Source: Methylococcus sp.
Lineage (GTDB): Bacteria > Pseudomonadota > Gammaproteobacteria > Methylococcales > Methylococcaceae
Assembly: GCA_035559395.1 (NCBI GenBank)
Contig: DATMAX010000013.1
Coordinates: 117,103 to 141,102, forward strand
Length of the DNA: 24,000 bases
Direction: 5' to 3'
The notes below the pieces were generated by a model that was not told where the DNA came from, searched no databases, and was given only the letters and a program-made list of their open reading frames with translations. The position numbers were made by a program, and so were the translations under genes. Shown piece by piece: positions 10,769 through 19,751 of this stretch. Each line of letters begins with the position of its first letter. The first letter of the stretch is position 1.

Positions 10769-12736
10769 ATGCTGAAAGAAGCGACCGTTATCTCAACCTC
10801 AAATCGCGAACTGCTGACCCCGTTGTCCGTCGAGTCCCCGCTCGATGCTGCGATTCGGCGCGCCAAGGACCATCTTTTGCGATTGCAACACGAGGACGGC
10901 TACTGGGTCTTCGAACTCGAAGCCGACTGCACGATTCCGTCCGAATACATCTTGATGATGCACTTTCTGGACGAAATCGACAGCGAACTTCAAGCCAAGA
11001 TCGCCAACTACCTCCGTGCCCACCAGAGCGCCGACGGCAGTTATCCCCTGTTTCAGGGGGGTCCGGGGGACCTGAGTTGCACGGTGAAGGCGTACTACGC
11101 GCTCAAGCTCGCCGGCGATTCTCCCGATGCACCGCACATGCAGAAGGCCCGCGAGTGGATCCTGGGTCGCGGCGGCGCGGCCCGTTCCAACGTGTTTACG
11201 CGCATCATGCTCGCCATGTTCGAACAGATTCCCTGGCGCGGCATCCCCTTCATCCCGGTGGAGATCATGCTGCTGCCCAAGTGGTTCCCGTTCCATCTCG
11301 ACAAGATATCTTATTGGTCCCGCACCGTGATGGTTCCCTTGTTCATCCTATGCAGCCACAAGGTCACGGCCCGAAATCCAAAGAAAATCGGGGTGCGCGA
11401 ACTCTTTACCGTCGCTCCGGAGAAAGAACGCAACTATTTCTCCCACGTGACCACACCGCTGGGCAAGACCATTCTGGCCCTGGAGCGCCTGGGCCGCTGG
11501 TGTGAGCCCTTGATCCCGAAGGCCATCCGGACCAAAGCCACGCAAAAGGCACTGGACTGGTTCAGCGAGCGGCTGAACGGCGTCGACGGCTTGGGTGCCA
11601 TCTTCCCGGCCATGGCCACCGCTTACGAGGCGTTGATCTTTCTCGGCGTTCCCCCGGAGGACGAGCGGCGGCGACGAGCACGGGAAGCATTGCGACGCCT
11701 TCTGGTCGTCGGCGAGGATAGCGCCTATTGTCAGCCCTGTGTATCACCCGTTTGGGACACCGGGCTCACCACTCTGACTTTGCAGGAAGTCGCCCGCCAT
11801 GGCGCCGATTCGCGGCTCGATGCCGCACTGAACAAGGCGTTGCGGTGGTTGGCCTCGAAGCAGATCGACAAAGATGCGCCGGGAGACTGGCGCGTCAATC
11901 GCCCCGGCTTGGAAGGTGGCGGCTGGGCCTTCCAATTCCGCAACGACCATTATCCCGACGTCGACGATACGGCAGTCGTCGCCCATGCCATGGTCATGTC
12001 CAGTGATCCCAGCTTCGAGGACAACCTCCGCCGCGCCGCGAACTGGATCGCCGGAATGCAGTCCAGCAACGGCGGCTTTGGTGCCTTCGACGCCGACAAT
12101 ACGTATCACTATCTGAATGCGATCCCCTTCGCCGATCACGGCGCCTTACTCGACCCGCCCACCGCCGACGTGAGCGCGCGTTGCGCGATGTTCCTGGCGA
12201 AACAGGTGGATCACCGTCCCGAACTTCGCGTCGTGCTCGATCGTATCCTCGCCTACCTGCGCAAAGAGCAGGAGCCCGATGGCTCCTGGTTCGGCCGTTG
12301 GGGCACGAACTACATTTACGGCACCTGGTCCGTCCTGCTCGCCTTCGAAGCCGCCGGCATATCCAAAGACGACCCATGCATTCGGCGGGCGGTCGCTTGG
12401 CTCAAGAGCATCCAACGCGAAGATGGCGGCTGGGGTGAGGACAATCTGAGTTACCACGATTCCTCTTACCGCGGGCGTTATTCCAAAAGCACCGCGTTCC
12501 AGACCGGTCTTGCCCTCCTCTCCCTGATGGCGGCAGGAGAAACTGGATCACCGGAAGTCCAGGCCGGAATCGATTTCCTCTTGCGCGAGCAGCGAACGGA
12601 TGGATTCTGGAAGGACGAATGCTTCACGGCGCCGGGCTTCCCGCGGGTCTTCTACCTGAAATATCACGGCTACGACAAGTTCTTCCCGCTTTGGGCATTG
12701 GCGCGTTACCGTAACGAACGTTACACCGCCGCGTGA
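10769..12736 (+). CDS. shc: Squalene-hopene cyclase
   Basis: 655 aa with the catalytic DVDD motif (HYPDVDDTAVVAHA) and multiple QW-type repeats (EDGYWVFELE, ADGSYPLFQG, QSSNGGFGAFD, QEPDGSWFGRW, QREDGGWGED). The track ORF starts at 10286; MLKEATVISTSNRELL at 10769 is the likely start. Confidence 0.95.
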   Translation: MLKEATVISTSNRELLTPLSVESPLDAAIRRAKDHLLRLQHEDGYWVFELEADCTIPSEYILMMHFLDEIDSELQAKIANYLRAHQSADGSYPLFQGGPGDLSCTVKAYYALKLAGDSPDAPHMQKAREWILGRGGAARSNVFTRIMLAMFEQIPWRGIPFIPVEIMLLPKWFPFHLDKISYWSRTVMVPLFILCSHKVTARNPKKIGVRELFTVAPEKERNYFSHVTTPLGKTILALERLGRWCEPLIPKAIRTKATQKALDWFSERLNGVDGLGAIFPAMATAYEALIFLGVPPEDERRRRAREALRRLLVVGEDSAYCQPCVSPVWDTGLTTLTLQEVARHGADSRLDAALNKALRWLASKQIDKDAPGDWRVNRPGLEGGGWAFQFRNDHYPDVDDTAVVAHAMVMSSDPSFEDNLRRAANWIAGMQSSNGGFGAFDADNTYHYLNAIPFADHGALLDPPTADVSARCAMFLAKQVDHRPELRVVLDRILAYLRKEQEPDGSWFGRWGTNYIYGTWSVLLAFEAAGISKDDPCIRRAVAWLKSIQREDGGWGEDNLSYHDSSYRGRYSKSTAFQTGLALLSLMAAGETGSPEVQAGIDFLLREQRTDGFWKDECFTAPGFPRVFYLKYHGYDKFFPLWALARYRNERYTAA

Positions 12737-13482
12737 GACGAATCGGTGTCCTGGTCGCCCTACCAGCCGAGGGTCGCACTTTGACGCGACACCGGCTGCG
12801 TGCGGGCGAACCCTGTCGCATCAGCGCTTCCATCCTGGTATGTCGGTCCGGCAGTGGTCCGTTGCCTGCCCGTACCGCTGCCCGGCGATTGCTCGCGGCA
12901 GGTGCCGAGGCTCTGGTGAGCTGGGGTTGTGCCGCCGCCCTCGACCCCCACCTGGCGGCCGGCGATCTCGTGCTTCCCGCCGCGATTCTCGATACCGACG
13001 GCACCTTGGTCGAAACCCATGCCGGCTGGCGGTCCTGGTGCACCGAGCGGGTCGGTGAAGCTTCCTTTCGGGTGACTTCCGGCATCCTGTGCACCAGCCC
13101 GGACATAGTTCAGGGCACGGAAGCCAAGCATCGACTCGGACGGGCAACCGGAGCCGTGGCCGTCGACATGGAAAGCGGCGCAGTGGCACGTACGGCAACG
13201 GAAGCGGGGATTCCCGTCATCGCCATACGCGCCATCGCAGACACGGTCGATTTGGCGATCCCCGACGGCGTGATCCGAGCCCTGCAACCCGACGGCCACG
13301 TGGGCCTCGGCAAACTCCTCACCAACCTCCTACTGCATCCCGGCGAAATCCCCGCTCTTCTGCGTCTGGGACACTCCTTTCGGGCCGCCCAGCGCACCCT
13401 GCACACCATGGCGACGCTGGCGCAGCCGGACCATTTCTTCGGTGGGCGACGGAGTGGCGCCGAAGCACCGGCCTCGGAATAA
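12733..13482 (+). CDS. hpnG: Hopanoid-associated nucleoside phosphorylase/nucleosidase HpnG
   Basis: 249 aa, PNP/UDP phosphorylase-like (GVLVALPAEGRTL, VSWGCAAALDPHLAAGDLVLP, AVDMESGAVARTATEAGIPVIAIRAIAD). The GTG start overlaps the shc stop (GTGA). Confidence 0.88.
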   Translation: MRRIGVLVALPAEGRTLTRHRLRAGEPCRISASILVCRSGSGPLPARTAARRLLAAGAEALVSWGCAAALDPHLAAGDLVLPAAILDTDGTLVETHAGWRSWCTERVGEASFRVTSGILCTSPDIVQGTEAKHRLGRATGAVAVDMESGAVARTATEAGIPVIAIRAIADTVDLAIPDGVIRALQPDGHVGLGKLLTNLLLHPGEIPALLRLGHSFRAAQRTLHTMATLAQPDHFFGGRRSGAEAPASE

Positions 13483-13503
13483 CTAAGGAAGGACCAAGAA
13501 CCG

Positions 13504-16176
13504 ATGTCCCAATCCCGCGACAGCCTGCTCATTCGTCTAGTTCACTGGTGGGAATCCAACGTACTCAAGCACCCTTGGCTGGTCATCCTCATCACGCTCG
13601 TCGCCTGCGGCTTCACGCTACATTACACGATGCAGAATCTGACCGTGGACACCAACACGGCAAACACGATTTCCACGGATTTACCCTTCCAAAAGAACCG
13701 TATCCGGTTCGAAACCGAGTTTCCGCAGGACGTCTCCACCATGATCCTGTTGGTGGAAGGAAACACCCCGGAACAGACCAGCGACGCTGTCGAGCGCATC
13801 GAGTCGCTCCTGAAAGGCCATCCGGAAACGATCGAATCCGTCTACGTACCGGATGGAGGGGAATTTTTCCTCCGCAACGGCTTGCTCTACGTGAATCTTT
13901 CCGATCTCGAAAAGATCGCCAGCGATCTTTCCGCAGCCCAGCCGTTCTTCGGCAGGCTCGCCGAAGACAACAGCCTCAAGGGGTTTTTCGGGATCTTCGC
14001 GCAAGCCTTGGAGGCGAAAGATTCGGAGCTGCCCGTGGAATTGGGAACCTTCATCCGCAAGCTGCACCATGCCTTGCGGGCGACGCTGGAGAACCGCCCC
14101 TACGAGATCTCTTGGCAGCAACTGATCCTGGGGGAAAAGAAAGGGCTCGGGGTTACCCAGCGCTTTCTTTTCATCCGCCCCAAGTTGTTTTTCAACGAGC
14201 TGATGCCGGCGGCTCGGGCGATTGCCACGATCGACGAGATCATTGGCACGACCCGCCAGGACGATCTGTTGTCCGACATCGTCGTGCACAAGACCGGAGA
14301 GGTGGTCCTCGAATACGAGGAAATGCTCACCGTCGAAAGAAGCGTGTCCGTCGCCGGTGTCGCATCCATGGTGCTGGTCTGTCTCACCCTGTGGATCGCC
14401 TATCGCTCCTTCCGCCTCATGTTCGCCACGTTCGTCTCGCTGACCATGGGGCTGATTTTTTCCATGGGATTCGCGACGGCCGCGATCGGCCAACTCAATC
14501 TGATTTCGATCTCTTTTGCGGTACTGTTCATCGGCATGGGAGACGCCTATTCCTCCCATTTTTGCCTGCGCTACCGGGAACTCGTGCTGTGGGGCACGCC
14601 ACAACGCGAGGCTTTGCGCGAGACCCTGGTTTCGACCGGTTCGGCCCTGATCCTCTGCACCCTGACCGCCGCCATCGGTTTGTACGCCTTCATCCCCACG
14701 GCGTACTCCGGGGTCGCCGAGTTGGGAATCATCGCCGGCACCAGCATGTTCATCGCCCTGGCGACCACCTTCACCGTTTTGCCCGCGATCATGAACATCA
14801 TGCCGCTGAAGCCCTCGCGCAGGGCCATGAGCCATAAACCGAGAAAACTGGTCAGCGTGCTCCAGTCCAATTGGCCATTGCGTTATGCGGAAGCGATCCG
14901 CGCCTCCACCATCATCGCCGGGATCCTCGCCGGCGGCTTGCTGTGCCGGGTGGAGGTGGACTTCAATCCGATCAATCTGCGCGACCCGGAAACCGCGTCG
15001 GTGAAAACCTTCAAGCACCTGCTCGAATCACCCGATACCTCGCCCATGACCTTGGCGGCGCTCGCCCGCGACGCCACCGACGCGAGAAGACTGACCGAGG
15101 CCTTCGAAAAGCTCCCCTCGGTCTCCGAGGTACGCAGCATTTTCGACCTCATCCCGGAACAGCAGGAGGAAAAACTCGTCGTCATCGAAGAATTGGCCCT
15201 GGTTCTCGGACCCCAGATCCAGAACTTTCCACCGCCGGCTTTCGGCCAAGCCCGGTTGGAAGATCTGGAGCGTCTGCAGGCGGTCGTCCGCAAACGTCTG
15301 CAGCGCGGTCCCGATGCGGACTTGGAAGGCTTGGAGCAGGTGCTGACGGAACTCATCGACACCTTGCGCTCGTCTCCCCCGGAGCAAGTACGCGCGCGCC
15401 TCGACAGACTGGAGCGGAGCATTCTCGGAGGTCTGGAGAAGACCATCCGCAGGCTCGCCAAGAGCCTTCAGGCTTCCCCCATTTCCTTGGAAACCTTACC
15501 GGAGGATCTACGCTCCCGCTGGATCAGCAAGAGCGGGTTGTACCGCCTGCAAATCCGTCCGCGCGAAAACCTCGACGACTTGACCAATCTCCGCACCTTC
15601 GTCCAGCAAGCCCAAAGCGTCGATCCCGACGTCACCGATTTGCCGGTGATCTATCTGGAATCGATGGAGGCCGTAATCGACGCCTTCCAGCAAGCGTTCA
15701 GCATCGCCCTCGGCGCCATCACGCTCCTGCTTCTCGCCATCCTGCGCAGCGCCAAGGACACTCTCCTGGTGCTGTTGCCCTTGTTGTTGGCTGCCCTGTT
15801 CACGGCGGCCGCCACGGTGATCTTCCGGGTGCCGTTCAACTTCGCGAACATCATCGCCCTGCCGTTATTGTTCGGACTCGGGGTCGACAACGGCATCCAC
15901 ATGGTGCACCGGCTCCACTATCTGCAAGCCGGGGAGGAGAACCTGCTGGCATCGAGCGAATCCCAGGGGGTGTTTTACGGTGCTCTCACCACGGTCTTCA
16001 GCTTCGTCAGCCTGGCTTTCACCGCCCATCCCGGAATGTCTTCCCTCGGGATTCTGCTCGCCATCGGACTGTTGCTTTCGCTCATCTGCGCCCTGGTGGT
16101 CCTTCCCGCGTTCAGCGTCCTGCGGACGAGACCCGACCCCGGTAGTGTAGAATTTGTACACTTTTCCGACCATTAA
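13504..16176 (+). CDS. hpnN: RND-family hopanoid transporter HpnN
   Basis: 890 aa MMPL/RND-type protein. N-terminal TM segment followed by NLTVDTNTANTISTDLPFQKNRIRFETEFPQ, then two TM bundles containing FIGMGDAYSSHFCLRY and FGLGVDNGIHMVHR. AAGGA ribosome-binding site upstream; within the hopanoid run. Confidence 0.9.
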   Translation: MSQSRDSLLIRLVHWWESNVLKHPWLVILITLVACGFTLHYTMQNLTVDTNTANTISTDLPFQKNRIRFETEFPQDVSTMILLVEGNTPEQTSDAVERIESLLKGHPETIESVYVPDGGEFFLRNGLLYVNLSDLEKIASDLSAAQPFFGRLAEDNSLKGFFGIFAQALEAKDSELPVELGTFIRKLHHALRATLENRPYEISWQQLILGEKKGLGVTQRFLFIRPKLFFNELMPAARAIATIDEIIGTTRQDDLLSDIVVHKTGEVVLEYEEMLTVERSVSVAGVASMVLVCLTLWIAYRSFRLMFATFVSLTMGLIFSMGFATAAIGQLNLISISFAVLFIGMGDAYSSHFCLRYRELVLWGTPQREALRETLVSTGSALILCTLTAAIGLYAFIPTAYSGVAELGIIAGTSMFIALATTFTVLPAIMNIMPLKPSRRAMSHKPRKLVSVLQSNWPLRYAEAIRASTIIAGILAGGLLCRVEVDFNPINLRDPETASVKTFKHLLESPDTSPMTLAALARDATDARRLTEAFEKLPSVSEVRSIFDLIPEQQEEKLVVIEELALVLGPQIQNFPPPAFGQARLEDLERLQAVVRKRLQRGPDADLEGLEQVLTELIDTLRSSPPEQVRARLDRLERSILGGLEKTIRRLAKSLQASPISLETLPEDLRSRWISKSGLYRLQIRPRENLDDLTNLRTFVQQAQSVDPDVTDLPVIYLESMEAVIDAFQQAFSIALGAITLLLLAILRSAKDTLLVLLPLLLAALFTAAATVIFRVPFNFANIIALPLLFGLGVDNGIHMVHRLHYLQAGEENLLASSESQGVFYGALTTVFSFVSLAFTAHPGMSSLGILLAIGLLLSLICALVVLPAFSVLRTRPDPGSVEFVHFSDH

Positions 16177-16203
16177 CTTATCCATTCGAGCCTAGAGGTC
16201 TTC

Positions 16204-17592
16204 ATGTCGAACCGCATTGCCGACTTGCTGGTGGAGCGCCGAGGCGACAACTTCGATCTCCACGAAAAGTATCTCAACGCCCAGATGGTGCGGGTCCTGA
16301 AAACCATCGGCTATGATCGCGTCTACGTCCGCGCCCAAGGTCCGTATCTTTACGATGACAGGGATCGCGAGTACCTCGATCTCCTGAGCGGCTTTGGCGT
16401 CTTCGCCATGGGACGCAATCACCCCAAGATCGTCGCCGCCCTCCGGGATGTGCTGGAGGCTCAACTTCCGGACCTGGTGCAGATGGACGTTTCCCTGCTC
16501 AGCGGGCTGCTCTCGGAAAGATTGCTCAAGCGCTGCCCCGAAGGTCTCACCCGCATGTTTTATTGCAACTCCGGGGCCGAAGCCGTCGAGGCGGCGATCA
16601 AATTCGCCCGTTACACCACCAAGCGCGAGAAGATCCTCTATTGCGAACACGGCTTCCACGGATTGACCATGGGCGCCCTTTCGCTGAACGGCGAGCGCGT
16701 GTTTCGCGAGGGCTTCGAGCCGTTGCTTCCGCAGTGTGTCGCGATCCCCTTCAACGATCTCCCCGCCTTGGAAAAGGCGCTCCACGGCAGGGACGTGGCC
16801 GCGTTCATCGTCGAGCCGATCCAAGGCAAGGGAGTGAATCTGCCCGACGGGGCCTACTTGGTCGAAGCGGCGCGGCTGTGTCGGGCCCATGGCACGCTGT
16901 TCGTGGCCGACGAGATCCAAACCGGCATCGGCCGCACCGGAAAATTCTGGGCCGTCGAGCATTGGGGGGTGCAACCCGACATGATCCTGATGGCCAAAGC
17001 GCTTTCCGGCGGCTTCATTCCGGTGGGTGCGGTAGCCATGAAAAAACACATCATGGAGTCCGTGTTCAACCGCATGGATCGCGCCGTGGTGCACGGCTCC
17101 ACGTTCTCGAAAAACAACATGGCCATGGCAGCGGGGATAGCCACCCTGGACGTCATCGAGGAGGAAAGTCTGCTCGACAATGCCGCACGCAGGGGAGAGC
17201 AGATCCTTTCCGGACTTCGCGCCCTGATCGATCGTTATGAACTGCTGCAGGATGTACGCGGCAAGGGCCTGATGATCGCGCTCGAATTCGGGGCACCCAA
17301 GAGCTTCGCGCTGAAGACCGCCTGGAATCTGCTGGAAACGGCCAGCAAGGGCCTGTTCAGCCAGATGATCACCATTCCGCTGTTCAAAAACCATCGCATC
17401 TTGAGCCAAGTGGCTGGACACGGCATGAACGTCGTCAAGTTTCTCCCTCCCCTGGTCATTCAGGACAAGGATGTCGACTGGATTCTCCGCGCCCTGGACA
17501 CGGTGATCGCCGATTGCCACAAGGTCCCCGGTGCCATCTGGGACCTCGGCAAGAATCTGACCAGCCATGCCCTGAAGTCCAAGGCCGGTTGA
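16204..17592 (+). CDS. hpnO: Class III aminotransferase, probable HpnO (aminobacteriohopanetriol biosynthesis)
   Basis: 462 aa PLP-dependent class III aminotransferase (YCNSGAEAVEAAIKFARYTT, FIVEPIQGKG, FVADEIQTGIGRTGKFWA, MAKALSGGFIPVGAV). Directly downstream of hpnN. Confidence 0.85.
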   Translation: MSNRIADLLVERRGDNFDLHEKYLNAQMVRVLKTIGYDRVYVRAQGPYLYDDRDREYLDLLSGFGVFAMGRNHPKIVAALRDVLEAQLPDLVQMDVSLLSGLLSERLLKRCPEGLTRMFYCNSGAEAVEAAIKFARYTTKREKILYCEHGFHGLTMGALSLNGERVFREGFEPLLPQCVAIPFNDLPALEKALHGRDVAAFIVEPIQGKGVNLPDGAYLVEAARLCRAHGTLFVADEIQTGIGRTGKFWAVEHWGVQPDMILMAKALSGGFIPVGAVAMKKHIMESVFNRMDRAVVHGSTFSKNNMAMAAGIATLDVIEEESLLDNAARRGEQILSGLRALIDRYELLQDVRGKGLMIALEFGAPKSFALKTAWNLLETASKGLFSQMITIPLFKNHRILSQVAGHGMNVVKFLPPLVIQDKDVDWILRALDTVIADCHKVPGAIWDLGKNLTSHALKSKAG

Positions 17593-17626
17593 CTCTCATC
17601 ATTCTTAAAGCCAAAAGGGACCCTCC

Positions 17627-18019
17627 ATGTTCTACCCGATGTTCCGCACGCGCTTGGGACTTGCGGCGATCCTGGCTTCCAGTCTGCTCGCCGCAAGTCC
17701 GATGGTTTGGAGTCATGCCGTCGTCACGGAATCTTCCCTGAGCCACCGGCCGGTATCGGCTCACCAACCTACCAAGGTCGTGTTGTTCTTCAACTCCGGT
17801 GTGGAACTCGCCCTTTCGCGGGTCTTCCTGGTGAGCAAGGGAGACGTTTTTCACCCCGTCACGATCGGCAGGGGCAAGAAAGCCGGAGAAGTGCTCATTG
17901 ATCTCCCCGCCCTCGAACCCGGCGACTATGCTCTCAAATACAAGGTCTTCGCCGCGGACGGTCATATCACCGAAAACGTGATCCGCTTCCGCGTAGAGAA
18001 CCCCACGACGGAGAGGTAA
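17627..18019 (+). CDS. copC: CopC-family periplasmic copper-binding protein
   Basis: 130 aa. Signal peptide MFYPMFRTRLGLAAILASSLLAASPMVWS followed by HAVVTESSLSHRPVSAHQPTKVVLFFNSGVELALSRVFL. It ends in the DGH-containing strand FAADGHITENVIRFRV, typical of CopC. Confidence 0.85.
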   Translation: MFYPMFRTRLGLAAILASSLLAASPMVWSHAVVTESSLSHRPVSAHQPTKVVLFFNSGVELALSRVFLVSKGDVFHPVTIGRGKKAGEVLIDLPALEPGDYALKYKVFAADGHITENVIRFRVENPTTER

Positions 18020-18025
18020 CGACAC

Positions 18026-19693
18026 ATGTTCATGCAAGGTATGGCCAATTTCCTCGACGATTTTCTCGGCGGGCTGATGCTGATCGGCTATTCGCTGATC
18101 GTCGGGAGTCTGATCTGGGCCGCATACATCCTCAAGGCATGGAAGGTGCAGGAACAAGCGACCGACCAGGCGGTCCGCTTGACCATGCGGACGTTCCGCC
18201 TCGGTGCGATCGCACTGGCCGTGATGCAGGCCACCAAGCTCACCGTCAAAGGCGTCCTGCTCGCCGCCATTCTCGACGAATTCCCCGTGGAGGCCTACCT
18301 CGGCACGGTCCAGTTCAAGGCCGGTTTGTTGCGCTTCTTCCTGTGCCTCGGCCTCATACCGGTGTCCCGCCTTCTGGCACTCTCCCCGCGGCGAGCTTCG
18401 GCCTGGGTCGGGGCGGTCTTTCTCATCGTGCCCTTGATCGTGAGCGGCGCTTGGCTCGTGCACGGGGTCGGACGGTTCGAGCATCGGGAATCGCTCATGG
18501 CCTTGACGGTAGTGCACCAGTTCGGTGCCGCGGTTTGGTTCGGTGGCGTCGCCCAACTGCTGTTTCTCTGGCGGGCTTCCCGTTCCAATCCGACGCTGCG
18601 TACGCTCTGGCCGCTCGCCATCACGCATTTCGCCTGGCTCGGGCTGACGTCGGTCGCCTTGCTGGTCGCCACCGGTCTGCCGCTGGCGACCGAGTACGTC
18701 GGCACTTGGGACGGACTCTTTGGCACCGGTTATGGCAGTTTGGTGGTGACCAAGACCGCCTTGCTGGGGGTCGCGCTCTATTTCGCCTACCGCAATCACA
18801 AGGCGGGCCGGGAGTGGAAACACTCGGGGATCGCTCCCGAGCTGGTGGGCAAGGTACCGTACTTCATCGAGGCGGAAACTTTTATCCTGGTCGGTGTGCT
18901 ATTCGTCGCCGCCACCTTATCGTCGCAGCCCCCTTCGGTCGACATCAAGGATACAACGGCGACGGTCGCGGAGGTCGCGGAAATGTTCATGCCGCGCCTG
19001 CCCAAGCTTCGTTCGCCGAGTCATGAAGAGTTGCTTGCCGGGGAACCGGGCCGGGTCGCCGTCGTGGACAAAGTACCTTCACCGGCCGCCACCGAATGGT
19101 CGGATTACAACCACAATGTTTCCGGTATATTCCTGACGGCCATGTGTCTAGTGGCGATGCTTTCCTATACCGGCCGTTTCCGCTGGGCACGCTATTGGCC
19201 GGCCGGTTTCATCGGTCTGAGTGTCTTCCTGTTCTTCCGCAGCGACGCCGAGACCTGGCCGCTGGGCCCCATCGGCTTTTGGGAAAGTACTTTCGGCAAT
19301 GGCGAAGTGTTCCAGCATCGTCTTGCGACCCTGCTGGCGTTTCTTTTAGGGGTCATGGAACTACGCGCCCGCACCCATCCCGGCGCCCACCGCCTCCGCT
19401 ACCTATTTCCGGTCCTATGCGCCTTCGGCGGCATCTTGCTACTGACCCATGCTCATGCGGAATTCGAGCTCAAGAGCGAGTACCTGATCCAATCTACCCA
19501 TACGGCGATGGGTCTCCTCGCCGTGATCATCGCCAGCGGACGGTGGCTGGAATTGCGGTTGACCCAGCCGGAATTGGCGGGTCGCTCCTCTCTCGCGATG
19601 GCAGAGGACCAACACATTGCTGGGTTCATTTCCATTGTCGCGATGTTCCTCATCGGCAACTTTCTGATGTTCTATCGCGAACCGCTTTTTTGA
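18026..19693 (+). CDS. copD: CopD-family copper transport membrane protein with a long C-terminal extension
   Basis: 555 aa. The N-terminal half is a CopD-type multi-TM domain (GYSLIVGSLIWAAYILKAW, RFEHRESLMALTVVHQFGAAVWFGGVAQLL). The second membrane domain begins near residue 320. It follows copC by 6 bp. Confidence 0.8.
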   Translation: MFMQGMANFLDDFLGGLMLIGYSLIVGSLIWAAYILKAWKVQEQATDQAVRLTMRTFRLGAIALAVMQATKLTVKGVLLAAILDEFPVEAYLGTVQFKAGLLRFFLCLGLIPVSRLLALSPRRASAWVGAVFLIVPLIVSGAWLVHGVGRFEHRESLMALTVVHQFGAAVWFGGVAQLLFLWRASRSNPTLRTLWPLAITHFAWLGLTSVALLVATGLPLATEYVGTWDGLFGTGYGSLVVTKTALLGVALYFAYRNHKAGREWKHSGIAPELVGKVPYFIEAETFILVGVLFVAATLSSQPPSVDIKDTTATVAEVAEMFMPRLPKLRSPSHEELLAGEPGRVAVVDKVPSPAATEWSDYNHNVSGIFLTAMCLVAMLSYTGRFRWARYWPAGFIGLSVFLFFRSDAETWPLGPIGFWESTFGNGEVFQHRLATLLAFLLGVMELRARTHPGAHRLRYLFPVLCAFGGILLLTHAHAEFELKSEYLIQSTHTAMGLLAVIIASGRWLELRLTQPELAGRSSLAMAEDQHIAGFISIVAMFLIGNFLMFYREPLF

Positions 19694-19698
19694 CGCCG

Positions 19699-19728
19699 AA
19701 AAAAAGGCATCTTCCGATGCCCTTTTTT
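19699..19728. terminator. Bidirectional Rho-independent terminator-like hairpin
   Basis: GGCATC-TTCC-GATGCC core flanked by A-rich and T-rich tracts (AAAAAAAGGCATCTTCCGATGCCCTTTTTT), between convergent copD and hpnM. Confidence 0.85.
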
Positions 19729-19751
19729 ATGTAAGTAGGATTGAATCCAGG

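Noticed and set aside
13089-14837. 582 aa plus-strand ORF overlapping hpnG and hpnN in another frame
   Set aside because: Arg/His/Pro-rich out-of-frame translation crossing two well-supported genes.
13681-15018. 445 aa minus-strand ORF opposite hpnN
   Set aside because: Codon-aligned antisense of a convincing RND gene; His/Gln/Gly/Asp-rich composition typical of shadows.
16192-17568. 458 aa minus-strand ORF covering nearly all of hpnO
   Set aside because: Same codon-aligned antisense shadow. The sense strand has full class III aminotransferase motifs.
17456-18823. 455 aa minus-strand ORF spanning the ends of hpnO, copC and copD
   Set aside because: Overlaps three well-supported plus-strand genes and has shadow-like composition (many GDR, QTG, HR runs).
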